60,506 nt of DNA from Candidatus Sericytochromatia bacterium (GCA_035285865.1 JAYKHS010000018.1:1-60506), one strand, 5' to 3'; positions 45,265-57,046 are shown, counted from the first letter of the stretch. Notes: a model not told the origin generated them from the letters alone. Translations and numbers: made by a program.

Positions 45265-47568
45265 GTGTCGTCGATCGAAGGCCTCAACCCCTCCCAGCTC
45301 CGCGCGGCGACCCACCCCGGCGGCCCCCTGCTGGTCCTCGCCGGTGCAGGAGCCGGCAAGACCCGGGTGCTGACGGAACGTGTCGCCTGGCTGCTGGCCG
45401 AAGGCCACGCCGAGCCGTGGCAGATCATGGCCGTGACCTTCACCAACAAGGCTGCGCGCCAGTTGCGGGAACGCATCGGCCGCCGCCTGAGACCGGACCT
45501 GTCGGCAGAAGAAGCCGCACGCGCCTACCCCTCCATGTGGGTCGGGACGTTCCACGGGCTATGCGCCAGGCTGCTGCGGACCGAGGCCGACAAGCTGCCG
45601 ACGCCCTGGGGCCCCGGCTTCAGCATCTACGACACCGGCGATCAGGAGCGCCTGATGCGGCAGGTGCTCGAAGAGCAAGACATTCCGCAGGAGTTGCTCA
45701 CGACCCGCCAGGCCCTTTCGGCCATCTCGCACGCGAAGGCGACGGGTCGCGAGGCCGAGGCTTTCGCCGCTGCGGCACGCCATCGACTCGAAGACGCCAT
45801 CGCCAGAGCCTGGACGAGTTACGACACAGCCCTCGCCCGACAGAACGCCCTGGACTTCGACGACCTCCTGCTGCTGCCGACGCGGCTGCTCGAGGGCCAG
45901 CCCGACGTCCTGGCGTACTGGCAACAGCGGTTCCGCCACATCCTTGTCGACGAGTATCAAGACACGAATCAGGCCCAGTACCGCCTGATCCGGCTGCTTT
46001 CGGGCGGACATCGCAACCTGACGGTCGTCGGTGACGTGGACCAGAGCATCTACTCGTTCCGAGCCGCCGACTTCCGCATCCTGTTGCAGTTCGAGCAGGA
46101 CCACCCGGACGCCGTACGCGTGACGCTCGAGGAAAACTACCGGTCCCGAAGCGCCATCCTCGAACTGGCCAACAGCCTCATTGCCCACAATCTGGAGCGC
46201 TACCCGAAGACGCTGCGCCCGGTACGCGAGGGCCAGGCGAGCGTGCAGCTCTACTGCGCCAGCGACGAGGCGGATGAGGCCGAATGGCTCGTGACGCGCA
46301 TCCGACAGGAGGGTATCGACCCGGACGACGTATGCGTCCTCTACAGGACGCACGCCATGTCCCGCGCCCTTGAAGAGGCCTTCAGCCGGGCAGGCATCGC
46401 CTACCGACTCGTCGGCGGCATCCGCTACTTCGACCGCAAGGAAGTACGCGACGCGCTCGCTTGGCTCAGGCTGGCGGTCAATCCGAGGGACGACGCCGCT
46501 TTCGTCAGGGCCTCCGCGGCCCCTCGCCGGGGCCTGGGCGCCGCAACGATGGCGCGCCTGCAGGAGCACGCTGCCCGCAGCGGCGGCGCGCTCTGGCCGA
46601 CGCTCGCCGACAGCCTTCCCGAGGACCTCAAGGGTGCGGCACGGAAGAAAGTCCAAGCCTACCTCGAGGCACTCCACGACGTAGCGGCCGCCGTTCGCGG
46701 ACAACCACCTTCCGTGGCGGTTGCTTCGGCGCTCGAACGGAGCGGCCTTGCCGCCGAATGGGGCGCGGATGGGGACGACGAGGCGATGGCCCGCCTCGAG
46801 AACATTCAGGAACTGGTCTCGCGGGCCGCGGCCATGGAGGAGGCCGGCGAGGCGGGCAATCTGGAGGAGTTTCTGGCCACCGTTCCACTGGCCGGAGCCG
46901 ACGACGAACCCGGCGACGGCGAGAACCGGAGTCGGGCCACGCTGATGACGCTGCATGCGGCCAAGGGTCTCGAATTCCCCGTCGTCTTCCTCATCGGGCT
47001 CGAGGAGGGAGTCTTCCCCCATCAGCGGGCCCTGGATGACCCCACGGCCATGGAAGAGGAGCGTCGGCTTTGCTACGTCGGCGTCACACGCGCCGAGGAC
47101 CGGCTGTTCCTGAGCTATGCCGAGGGCCGGAGACTCTCGGGCCAGACGCGCTGGAACCTGCCCTCCCGATTCGTGGGCGAGATGCCGCGCGAACTGCTGC
47201 CCCGGACCGAATCACGCTGGCTGCGTCGCTCCGTCGAGGCCTGGGACGCCCGGACCCGGCGCGAACAAGCCGTCCGGTGGATGGACGACACGCCCGCGGA
47301 GGTTGGCGACGACATCCCGCCGGCAGGCCACAATCGCTTCACGCGTCCGACCGAACGCATCCGCGACGAGGAAGTGGTCTGGAGTCAGGACATGGACCTC
47401 GCCCTGCCCGAGTTCCAAGAAGGCGAGCGCGTGATTCACCCGAGGTTCGGCGAAGGGACCGTCACCCACGTCCGGGAACGGCGCGGGCAGATCGACCTGA
47501 CGGTCGAATTCGTCCGCTTCGGGCCCAAGACGCTCGACGCCCGCCACGCCGGGCTGACGCGCCCCTAG
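45265..47568 (+). CDS. pcrA: ATP-dependent DNA helicase PcrA/UvrD
   Basis: AGAGAGKT, TFTNKAA, VDEYQDTN, VGDVDQSIYSFR, NYRS, HAAKGLEF, YVGVTRA, C-terminal Tudor-like domain. Confidence 0.97.
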   Translation: MSSIEGLNPSQLRAATHPGGPLLVLAGAGAGKTRVLTERVAWLLAEGHAEPWQIMAVTFTNKAARQLRERIGRRLRPDLSAEEAARAYPSMWVGTFHGLCARLLRTEADKLPTPWGPGFSIYDTGDQERLMRQVLEEQDIPQELLTTRQALSAISHAKATGREAEAFAAAARHRLEDAIARAWTSYDTALARQNALDFDDLLLLPTRLLEGQPDVLAYWQQRFRHILVDEYQDTNQAQYRLIRLLSGGHRNLTVVGDVDQSIYSFRAADFRILLQFEQDHPDAVRVTLEENYRSRSAILELANSLIAHNLERYPKTLRPVREGQASVQLYCASDEADEAEWLVTRIRQEGIDPDDVCVLYRTHAMSRALEEAFSRAGIAYRLVGGIRYFDRKEVRDALAWLRLAVNPRDDAAFVRASAAPRRGLGAATMARLQEHAARSGGALWPTLADSLPEDLKGAARKKVQAYLEALHDVAAAVRGQPPSVAVASALERSGLAAEWGADGDDEAMARLENIQELVSRAAAMEEAGEAGNLEEFLATVPLAGADDEPGDGENRSRATLMTLHAAKGLEFPVVFLIGLEEGVFPHQRALDDPTAMEEERRLCYVGVTRAEDRLFLSYAEGRRLSGQTRWNLPSRFVGEMPRELLPRTESRWLRRSVEAWDARTRREQAVRWMDDTPAEVGDDIPPAGHNRFTRPTERIRDEEVVWSQDMDLALPEFQEGERVIHPRFGEGTVTHVRERRGQIDLTVEFVRFGPKTLDARHAGLTRP

Positions 47569-48113
47569 AAGCCGAGACGCGACCAGAAGCCCTTGCGGGC
47601 CGCCAATTTCTCGCCCTTCACGCGAGCACCCTGCATGGTTTCGGCCACGGCATCGATGATGTCCTCCTCGACCTTGGCCTTGTGCAGCAGGGTAAACACG
47701 CGATCGATGCGCTCGTTCGTTCCGGAAAGCCGCTCGGCCAGCGTACGGGCGACCTGAAGCAGGATGGCCGGGTTCTTCGCCAGTAGCGACTCGAAATTGC
47801 GGTACACCGTGAAGGTGCACGGCGTGAGCGCACGCACCGTGGCGGATCGCGGCTTGCGCAGCAAGGCCCCGACCTCACCGAGAACCGCACCGGGCCCCTT
47901 GACCACGGCGACACGTTCGTCGCCGACCAGAACCTCGACCTCGCCCTCGTCGAGGACGATGACGTCGAAACTCGTCTCACCATCCTTGAAAACCGACTTG
48001 CCGGGGCCGCAGGTCCAGTTGCGCGGGGGCGTCACGGCATCGGGCGGCGGAGGGGCCGCCTTGCCTTGCGCAGGGCGATCCCATCCGGGGGACTTCTTGG
48101 GATTCTCGGTCAT
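47565..48113 (-). CDS. Stand-alone cyclic-nucleotide-binding domain protein
   Basis: VFKDGE...LDEGEVEV...GEVGALLRKPRSATVRA; ATG at 48113 with GGAGG RBS. Confidence 0.88.
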   Translation of the reverse strand: MTENPKKSPGWDRPAQGKAAPPPPDAVTPPRNWTCGPGKSVFKDGETSFDVIVLDEGEVEVLVGDERVAVVKGPGAVLGEVGALLRKPRSATVRALTPCTFTVYRNFESLLAKNPAILLQVARTLAERLSGTNERIDRVFTLLHKAKVEEDIIDAVAETMQGARVKGEKLAARKGFWSRLGF

Positions 48114-48163
48114 GTCGTCCTCCGTGGGGGGCGTTGAAGCGCGCGCAATCCCGCGAAACGGCC

Positions 48164-48193
48164 TTGACCCCCTGCTTGATTCTTTCGTAACAT
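48164..48193 (+). promoter_or_regulatory. Putative sigma70 promoter of hppA
   Basis: TTGACC-N18-TAACAT in an AT-enriched intergenic stretch. Confidence 0.5.
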
Positions 48194-48317
48194 ACCCTTT
48201 CAGTCTCCCTTTGTCGTCTCTTTTCCTGACCTTGGTTCTCCGAGGCAACGGTCGACGTCGCGGCGACGCCCCGGAAACGGCCAGCGCGCCCTCCCAGCAA
48301 GGAAGGTTCCCGAACCC

Positions 48318-50444
48318 ATGGCTCCAGACCAGATTTTTCATCTGATCACGTGGTTCTCCATTGCCGCATCCCTGGCGGCACTCGTGGTCGCAGGCGGCCT
48401 GACCGGATGGGTGCTGAAGCAGCCCGCCGGCAATGCCCGCATGCAGGAGATCGCCGGAGCCATCCAGGAAGGCGCCGCCGCCTACCTGAACCGGCAGTAC
48501 ACCACCATCGCCGGCGTGTCGGTGGTGCTGGCCGCCCTCATCTTCTTCTTCTTCCGCACGGCCGATGACGCCATGCACGGCCTCGTGCCCGCGCTGGGCT
48601 TCGTCGTCGGCGCCGTGTTCTCGGGCTTCGCCGGATATGCCGGCATGAACATCTCGGTTCGTGCCAACGTCCGCACGACGGCCGCTGCCGAGCGGGGCCT
48701 GCCCCAGGCGCTGGACGTGGCCTTCCGCGGTGGCGCCGTCACCGGCTTCGCCATCGTCGGCCTGGGCCTGCTGGGCGTCGCCGCCTTCTTCATGTGGCTC
48801 TTCCCGACGGATGCGGCGGCCACGGGCGCAGAGCACAACCGCGAGCTGTTCAACCTGGCCCTCGAGGGCATGGGCTTCGGCGCCAGCCTCATCTCGCTGT
48901 TCGCCCGCGTGGGCGGCGGCATCTTCACGAAGGCCGCCGACGTCGGCGGTGACCTCGTCGGCAAGGTCGAAGCGGGCATTCCCGAGGACGATCCCCGCAA
49001 TCCGGCCACCATCGCCGACAACGTCGGTGACAACGTCGGCGACTGCGCCGGCATGGGTGCCGACCTGTTCGAGACCTACGTCGTCACGATGATTGCCGGC
49101 ATGCTGCTCGGCCAGTTCGCCTTCCCCGGCAGCGCGCAGGGCGTGCTGCTGCCCCTCGCACTCGGTGCCGCCGCCATCGTGGCCTCGATCGTCGGGTCGT
49201 TCTTCGTCCGCCTGAGCGCGAACGAGAACATCATGGGCGCCCTCTACAAGGGCCTCTTCGCCACGACGGCAGTCGCCGTGGGCCTGTTCTACTACCTCGT
49301 CGAGAAGGTCATGGGCGACAGCGCGATGCCCTTCTTCTGGGCAGGTTCGATCGGTCTCGCCGTCATGGTGCTGATCACCCTCATCACCGAGTACTACACC
49401 TCGACGAACTTCCGCCCCGTCAAGGTCATCGCCGAGTCGTCGCAGACCGGTCCCGCGACCAACATCATTTCGGGCCTGGCCGTCGGCATGGAATCCACCG
49501 CCGTGCCCATCGTGATCATCATCGCCGGCATCGCCGGGTCGTTCTTCATGACCCAGGGTCTTGCGGCCGAGGGCGTCGAGCCGCTCATCATGGGCGCCTA
49601 CGGCATCGCCATCGCGGCGGTCGGCATGCTCTCCACCGCCGGCATGGTCGTGGCCATCGACTCCTATGGGCCCATCACGGACAACGCGGGCGGCATCGCC
49701 GAGATGAGCGAGTTGCCTGGGACCGTCCGCGAGATCACGGACAAGCTGGACGCCGTCGGCAACACGACCAAGGCCGTCACCAAGGGCTACGCCATCGGCT
49801 CCGCCGGTCTGGGCGCCCTGGCCCTGTTCATCACCTTCACGAAGAAGGTCGATGGCTTCGAGAACCTCAAGGGCATCGTCTACACGCTGCAGGATCCGAT
49901 GATCATCATCGGTCTCTTCCTGGGCGGCATGTTGCCCTTCCTGGCCTCCTCGATGTTCATGAACGCCGTCGGCAAGGCGGCACAAGCCGTCATCGTCGAA
50001 GTGCGTCGTCAGTTCCGCGAGATGCCCGGCATCATGGATCGGACCCAGAAGCCCGATTACGGCAAGGCCGTCGACCTGGTCACGCGTGCCGCCATCCGCG
50101 AGATGCTGCTGCCCGGTGCCATCGCCGTCATCGCACCGGTCGTGGCCGCATTCGTCGGCATCAAGCTGCTGGCCGGCATGCTGTCCGGAGCCATCCTGAC
50201 GGGCATGCTGATGGCGCTCATGATGGCTACCGGTGGTGGTGCCTGGGACAACGCCAAGAAGTACATCGAGCTGGGCAGCTTCGGCGGCAAGGGCTCCGAT
50301 GCACACAAGGCGGCCGTCGTGGGCGACACAGTCGGTGATCCCTTCAAGGACACCGCCGGCCCCGCACTGAACCCGATGATCAAGATCCTGAACATCGTGG
50401 CGCTGCTCGTGGTCACGGCGTTCGCGACCCAGCTGCATCCGTAG
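48318..50444 (+). CDS. hppA: Membrane-bound H+-translocating pyrophosphatase, K+-independent type
   Basis: [46 protein letters not shown] carries the Lys diagnostic of K+-independent enzymes. Confidence 0.96.
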   Translation: MAPDQIFHLITWFSIAASLAALVVAGGLTGWVLKQPAGNARMQEIAGAIQEGAAAYLNRQYTTIAGVSVVLAALIFFFFRTADDAMHGLVPALGFVVGAVFSGFAGYAGMNISVRANVRTTAAAERGLPQALDVAFRGGAVTGFAIVGLGLLGVAAFFMWLFPTDAAATGAEHNRELFNLALEGMGFGASLISLFARVGGGIFTKAADVGGDLVGKVEAGIPEDDPRNPATIADNVGDNVGDCAGMGADLFETYVVTMIAGMLLGQFAFPGSAQGVLLPLALGAAAIVASIVGSFFVRLSANENIMGALYKGLFATTAVAVGLFYYLVEKVMGDSAMPFFWAGSIGLAVMVLITLITEYYTSTNFRPVKVIAESSQTGPATNIISGLAVGMESTAVPIVIIIAGIAGSFFMTQGLAAEGVEPLIMGAYGIAIAAVGMLSTAGMVVAIDSYGPITDNAGGIAEMSELPGTVREITDKLDAVGNTTKAVTKGYAIGSAGLGALALFITFTKKVDGFENLKGIVYTLQDPMIIIGLFLGGMLPFLASSMFMNAVGKAAQAVIVEVRRQFREMPGIMDRTQKPDYGKAVDLVTRAAIREMLLPGAIAVIAPVVAAFVGIKLLAGMLSGAILTGMLMALMMATGGGAWDNAKKYIELGSFGGKGSDAHKAAVVGDTVGDPFKDTAGPALNPMIKILNIVALLVVTAFATQLHP

Positions 50445-50458
50445 CGCGGACCAGCCAC

Positions 50459-50498
50459 GGAAGCCCCCGTACACCTCGACAGGTGCACGGGGGCTTCC
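50459..50498 (+). terminator. Stem-loop downstream of hppA
   Basis: GGAAGCCCCCGT.CACCT-cgac-AGGTG.ACGGGGGCTTCC; weak U-tract. Confidence 0.6.
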
Positions 50499-50646
50499 CG
50501 TCTCCGAGGACGCCAGCGTACATCGTCACGTCTGCCGATGAGCCGGGTATGGAGCAGACAAGACGCCCCCGTCGAGGGAGCCGCGTCTCGGCGGACGGAC
50601 CGCCGGGCAAGCCTTGGTCGAGATCCGGCCATAATCCGGTAGCAGC

Positions 50647-51789
50647 ATGGAGACCCCCATTCGGAATGGCAGGCCTGCAGTCACGCAGGGCCAGTCTGCC
50701 GGCGCGCGCAAACGCCCGGAGGCCCCCCCGCGGGCCGTGATTCGACAGGAGAGGCCGGGGTCGGTGGATGCCCGCCAACTCTCCGCACCCGCATCCCGTG
50801 CTGAGGAACAGTCACTGCTGGCAGCCGGCTGGCTGCCGCCGGAATACGCGAAGGCGCGAGGACGCAGTCGCGAGGCCGCCGAAGCCCTTGCCATGCGCCC
50901 AGGCAGCCCTCCGCGCTCCATGAGCTACACGGACCCGGCCATCATGCTGCGGGGTGCCCGCACGCTCGCAGGCACGCCCGAACTCCAGGAGCTGGCTAGG
51001 ACGGTCAGGCGCGGGGATATTGTCCTGACTGCGGAATTCCTGCCCGGAGATCCCGTGACCGGGATGACGGGCGGACCGTTCAATCACGCGATGATCTGCA
51101 TCAAGGACGGGCCCCAGCCCGAGTTCATCGAGGCCATCGGCGTCACGGGCGGCAAGGACGATCCCACGGGCAGCCGTGTCCGCCAATCGCGGATTCAGGA
51201 CTATGCCATCCGCCACATCGCCTTTCGGGTGCTGCGCCCCGCCGACGCCCTGCCGCCCGGCAAGCGCGAGGCCGCGATCGACCGGGCAGTAGCCTATGCC
51301 GAACGCCAGCTGGGTCGCCCATACGACTACGCCTTCACCAACCACGATCAGGGCAAGGGCGGGGAAAAGGCCTTCTACTGCAGCGAACTCGTTTATCTGG
51401 CGTGGGCCTCCCGCGAAGGGGCCGGGGTCGCGATGCCGATCGCGCGCGACGATTCACTGAATCAGGGCATGCGGGCTGTCCATGCCGTACTGGATGCAGC
51501 TGGCCCCGTCCGCCCCAATGAAACGCTGCGTCCCATCGTGCGCGACGTGATGGACGGTCGGCCGCCCCTCGAGATCATCAAGACGCTGCTGGGGCGCGTC
51601 CTGCCCAGACTCCGAGGACCGGATCTCAAGGCGCTCGGCGAAGACCTCGTCGCCAAGGCCACCGGGAAGGCCACCGAACGCCAGACTGTCCCCCGGTTCG
51701 TATCGCCGACGGATCTGGCGTGGGGCGGACAGCCCGTGCGAGACTTCAACACCAAGGGCCGCAATTTGGATCCCGACGCCCCCCGGTAA
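50647..51789 (+). CDS. Permuted papain-like NlpC/P60 (YiiX/YebB-like) cysteine hydrolase with a disordered N-terminus
   Basis: RRGDIVL, FNHAMI (His), LGRPYDY, FYCSELV (Cys), VSPTDL. Confidence 0.85.
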   Translation: METPIRNGRPAVTQGQSAGARKRPEAPPRAVIRQERPGSVDARQLSAPASRAEEQSLLAAGWLPPEYAKARGRSREAAEALAMRPGSPPRSMSYTDPAIMLRGARTLAGTPELQELARTVRRGDIVLTAEFLPGDPVTGMTGGPFNHAMICIKDGPQPEFIEAIGVTGGKDDPTGSRVRQSRIQDYAIRHIAFRVLRPADALPPGKREAAIDRAVAYAERQLGRPYDYAFTNHDQGKGGEKAFYCSELVYLAWASREGAGVAMPIARDDSLNQGMRAVHAVLDAAGPVRPNETLRPIVRDVMDGRPPLEIIKTLLGRVLPRLRGPDLKALGEDLVAKATGKATERQTVPRFVSPTDLAWGGQPVRDFNTKGRNLDPDAPR

Positions 51790-51843
51790 CGGTGGCGCCC
51801 ATGGCCTCCCGAAGCACGAGCGGCGAGGGTGGTTACCGAGCGT

Positions 51844-52557
51844 TCAGCCCTGGAACATCTTCGCTTCGACAGTCTTTCGGAAGTCGGGCTTCAGGAGCTT
51901 GTCGTACATCTCGCTCGCAAGGATGCCGACGCCAGCACCAACCAGCATGCCGATGAGCGTGCCCGCCACAGGCACGATCGAGCCGACAAGCCCGCCGATG
52001 GCGGTGCCGAGCGATCCGGCCACCGTGTAGCCGATGCCGTCTGCCACGGTACCGGCCAGCATCTGATTCTGCGTGATCTGGCCCTTGCGCATGTCGATGA
52101 AGTTCTGCACGAACGCCAGCGGGAAGCTGATGAGCGCGCCCAGCTTGAGGCTGCGGAAAACATTGAGCGGATTCAGGGCCTGGCCCAGCGCAGCCCCGAA
52201 GGTCGGCTTCAGGCCTTTGAGGCCATCCACCGAGGCCTTGAGCATCAAGCCGGCATCCGCAGACCGCGCAACGGCCGACACTGCCGCACGGTTCATCATC
52301 TCGGGAATCATCCGCACCGGAGCCACGGCGCCGATGACATTCAGGGTGTGCGCACCCGGGCGGGCCATAGGATCGACAGGTGCAGCACCCGGAGCTTGAG
52401 GCATCAAAGGCGCGGAGGGCCCCTGCACGAAGCGATCCGGCTGGGGAGCAGGAAGCGGCTGCGGAAGCTGGCCGGGCTGGGGCATCGGGGCCAGCGCGGG
52501 AGGCGTGGGCACGACGCTGGATGCGGACCAGGGCGAGACGGCGGGGACCATCGTCAT
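51844..52557 (-). CDS. Hypothetical protein carrying the shared 68-aa glycine-zipper domain (paralog 3)
   Basis: GAGGT RBS and ATG at 52557; Pro-rich N-terminus; domain at 51901-52104. Confidence 0.8.
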   Translation of the reverse strand: MTMVPAVSPWSASSVVPTPPALAPMPQPGQLPQPLPAPQPDRFVQGPSAPLMPQAPGAAPVDPMARPGAHTLNVIGAVAPVRMIPEMMNRAAVSAVARSADAGLMLKASVDGLKGLKPTFGAALGQALNPLNVFRSLKLGALISFPLAFVQNFIDMRKGQITQNQMLAGTVADGIGYTVAGSLGTAIGGLVGSIVPVAGTLIGMLVGAGVGILASEMYDKLLKPDFRKTVEAKMFQG

Positions 52558-52593
52558 CGGGAGGACCTCGGACAGCATGAGAAGGTGACAAGG

Positions 52594-52630
52594 GGGTTGT
52601 CCGCGATTGTCCCCGCCGCTCGGTAAACCT
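52594..52630 (-). promoter_or_regulatory. Conserved upstream element AGGTTTACC-N20-GACAACCC (copy 3)
   Basis: Minus strand reads CAGGTTTACC gagcggcggggacaatcgcg GACAACCCC, 36 nt before the ATG. Confidence 0.75.
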
Positions 52631-52640
52631 GCGCCATGTT

Positions 52641-53393
52641 TCAGGTAAAGGTTTGCTCGCCATTGCCCCGTCTTGCGGCCCCGGCAACCTCAGAAAGCTG
52701 CAGCAGATAGCCGACTCCGGGGATGTTGCGCAGGCGCTCGGGGCGATCCGGACAGCGCTCGAGCTTCACCCTGAGGTTGCGGATGTGATTCCGCACCGCC
52801 TCTGGGCTCCCTTGCCCGGCTGGATGACCGAGGCCCTCGAGCAGGAGGCGATCCATCGTCACGACCTGGCCCGGCTCCTCCAGCAAACACTCCAGCAGGG
52901 CAGCCTCGAGCGGCGTGACGTGCACGCAACGCTCCCCCTCCCGCCATTCGGCGCGATCCAGATCCAGCACGACGTCCCCACGGACCAGGAGCCCGCGGCG
53001 ATGGCCTGTTCCCCCTTGACGCAGGCGAGCTTGCAGCAGCAGGAACAGTTCCGTGACCTCGAAAGGAGGCAGCAGGACATCGGTTGCTCCCTCTGCGAAC
53101 CAGGCCGCCCGATCGGACGCCATCGCCATGGGGGCCACCAGGATGACGGGCCTGCCCCGGAAGACGCCGCGTCCGTCCAGACACCAGTCTGCCAGCGGCG
53201 GCCGGGGCCAGATGGCGAGATCAAGAACAATGCCGCCGTGGGGACCATGGGACAACAGGCGCTCCAGCTCGCCTCTGGAACGAATCGGACGCAACGGAAA
53301 TCGACCGTCCTGCCACATGGCGAGCAACAGGCGCTCCAGCCCGTCGTCCCCCATGGCCAAAAGGACCTCATTGCGGGCAACGAGACGTCTCAG
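52641..53393 (-). CDS. OmpR/RpaA-like response regulator with an atypical receiver domain (probable CTG start)
   Basis: wHTH TPLEAALL...VRNHIRNLRVKLE..P..P..L..IPGVGY; receiver IVLDL present but the conserved Lys is absent; AAGGAGGT SD before CTG 53393. Confidence 0.85.
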   Translation of the reverse strand: MRRLVARNEVLLAMGDDGLERLLLAMWQDGRFPLRPIRSRGELERLLSHGPHGGIVLDLAIWPRPPLADWCLDGRGVFRGRPVILVAPMAMASDRAAWFAEGATDVLLPPFEVTELFLLLQARLRQGGTGHRRGLLVRGDVVLDLDRAEWREGERCVHVTPLEAALLECLLEEPGQVVTMDRLLLEGLGHPAGQGSPEAVRNHIRNLRVKLERCPDRPERLRNIPGVGYLLQLSEVAGAARRGNGEQTFT

Positions 53394-53546
53394 GGTGCAC
53401 CTCCTTCAGGTCGGGACGCCTCCTCTATCCCCCGACGGCCATGCCAGTCCCTTGGACGATCCTTACGGTTTCTCCCGGCCATCCTGATGGTCGGCCACGT
53501 CGCGGCCCGGCAGGATCAAGGCCAAACCGACAGAGGAGACGAAACC

Positions 53547-54281
53547 ATGGAGCTGTGGAGCCTCGGGGCATCCGGACAGGTGATGCGGAGCATCGTCGAA
53601 ACGGCACGCCGACATGGTTGGCGGCTGACCACCCTCGAAACCTGGAGCGGGCTGCGCACCCTCGAGAGCGACAGTCCACGGCCACGGGTCGGTCACGTCC
53701 ACCTCCCGGGCGAAGGCATCGAGCAGGGGACGCGGCTCGCCGCCATCCTGAGCGGCTCTGCGGGCCGCCTCGGCCCGGTGCTGGTGACACTCGACCACGC
53801 GGGCGCCAGAGCCCGTCACCTGGCCTGGGCAACGGGCTGCTCCGAGGTTCTCGTCGCTCCGCTCGATCCCCTCGAGCTCGACATGCGACTCGCCGCACTG
53901 GCCAGGCGTGCCCTGAGGGCGAGACCAAGGGCACAGGAGCCTCAGGAGCCGACGGGCACGCCGTGGATCCAGGTGGACGATCAGCTGGTCCGGCTGACTC
54001 CCTCCGAGGCTGCCATTCTCCACTATCTGGCTCACCGCCCCGGCCGCCACGTGAGCGCCCGGGAACTCCTTGCCTGCGCTCTTGGCTACGAGCCCGGTGA
54101 GGGTCACCCCGACATCATCCGCACGCACATGCGCCGCCTGAGAGGGAAGCTGGGCAGCAGCAGAAACGCCGTCGGCACACGCGCCGGACAGGGCTACCGC
54201 TGGGATGGGGCTACAGGGCTCCGGATACGAGAAGGCCTTCCCCGAATCGTCGATCCGGAGAAGGCCACCCGAATGGCTTGA
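53547..54281 (+). CDS. OmpR-family regulator with a pseudo-receiver domain
   Basis: AGAGGAG RBS and ATG at 53547; wHTH LTPSEAAIL...IRTHMRRLRGKL...GQGYR; receiver lacks the phospho-Asp and Lys. Confidence 0.8.
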   Translation: MELWSLGASGQVMRSIVETARRHGWRLTTLETWSGLRTLESDSPRPRVGHVHLPGEGIEQGTRLAAILSGSAGRLGPVLVTLDHAGARARHLAWATGCSEVLVAPLDPLELDMRLAALARRALRARPRAQEPQEPTGTPWIQVDDQLVRLTPSEAAILHYLAHRPGRHVSARELLACALGYEPGEGHPDIIRTHMRRLRGKLGSSRNAVGTRAGQGYRWDGATGLRIREGLPRIVDPEKATRMA

Positions 54282-54288
54282 GCGCGCG

Positions 54289-54708
54289 TCAGACCTGGGG
54301 ACGCAGCTTGATGCGCCGACCACCCAGGATCTCGACCGCCCGGAGGCGGACCAAGGCACGCGCGAGTGCGGCCTCGCCCTCGGTCGTCCGGGTCCGATCG
54401 ATCTCGAGCTCGGCACGCTTGCGGGCCTCCTCGGCGCGCAGCTTGTCGATGTCCTCGGCGCGCTCGGCGGCAGGCGTCAGGACGGTGACCCGTCCCGGCG
54501 ACACCTCGAGGAACCCGCCCATGACCGCCAGCACCATCTCGTCACCGCCCTTGCGGGCGACCACGACGTCGCTACGCAGGGCCGTGAACAAGGGGGCGTG
54601 CCCGGGAAGAACCCCGAGTTCGCCCTCGAGCGCACGCGCCGAGACGAAGTCGACCTCCTCGGAGAGCACCGTGCGCTCCGGGGTAATCACATCCAGGGTG
54701 AGCGGCAT
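54289..54708 (-). CDS. atpC: ATP synthase F1 epsilon subunit
   Basis: ITPER, GELGVLPGHAPL, MGGFLEV. Confidence 0.96.
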   Translation of the reverse strand: MPLTLDVITPERTVLSEEVDFVSARALEGELGVLPGHAPLFTALRSDVVVARKGGDEMVLAVMGGFLEVSPGRVTVLTPAAERAEDIDKLRAEEARKRAELEIDRTRTTEGEAALARALVRLRAVEILGGRRIKLRPQV

Positions 54709-54719
54709 GCCGGCCTACC

Positions 54720-57046
<2,327 letters not shown>

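Noticed and set aside
48194..48317. Riboswitch or ncRNA in the hppA leader
   Set aside because: The leader is long and pyrimidine-rich, but I cannot match it to any known RNA motif by eye; an Rfam search would be needed.
47565..50474. 969-aa minus-strand ORF as one protein
   Set aside because: Only the last 182 aa (from ATG 48113, with RBS) form a cNMP-binding protein; the rest is antisense to hppA.
52653..54281. 542-aa plus-strand ORF
   Set aside because: The first 298 codons are antisense to the other regulator or intergenic; the real start is ATG 53547 after AGAGGAG.
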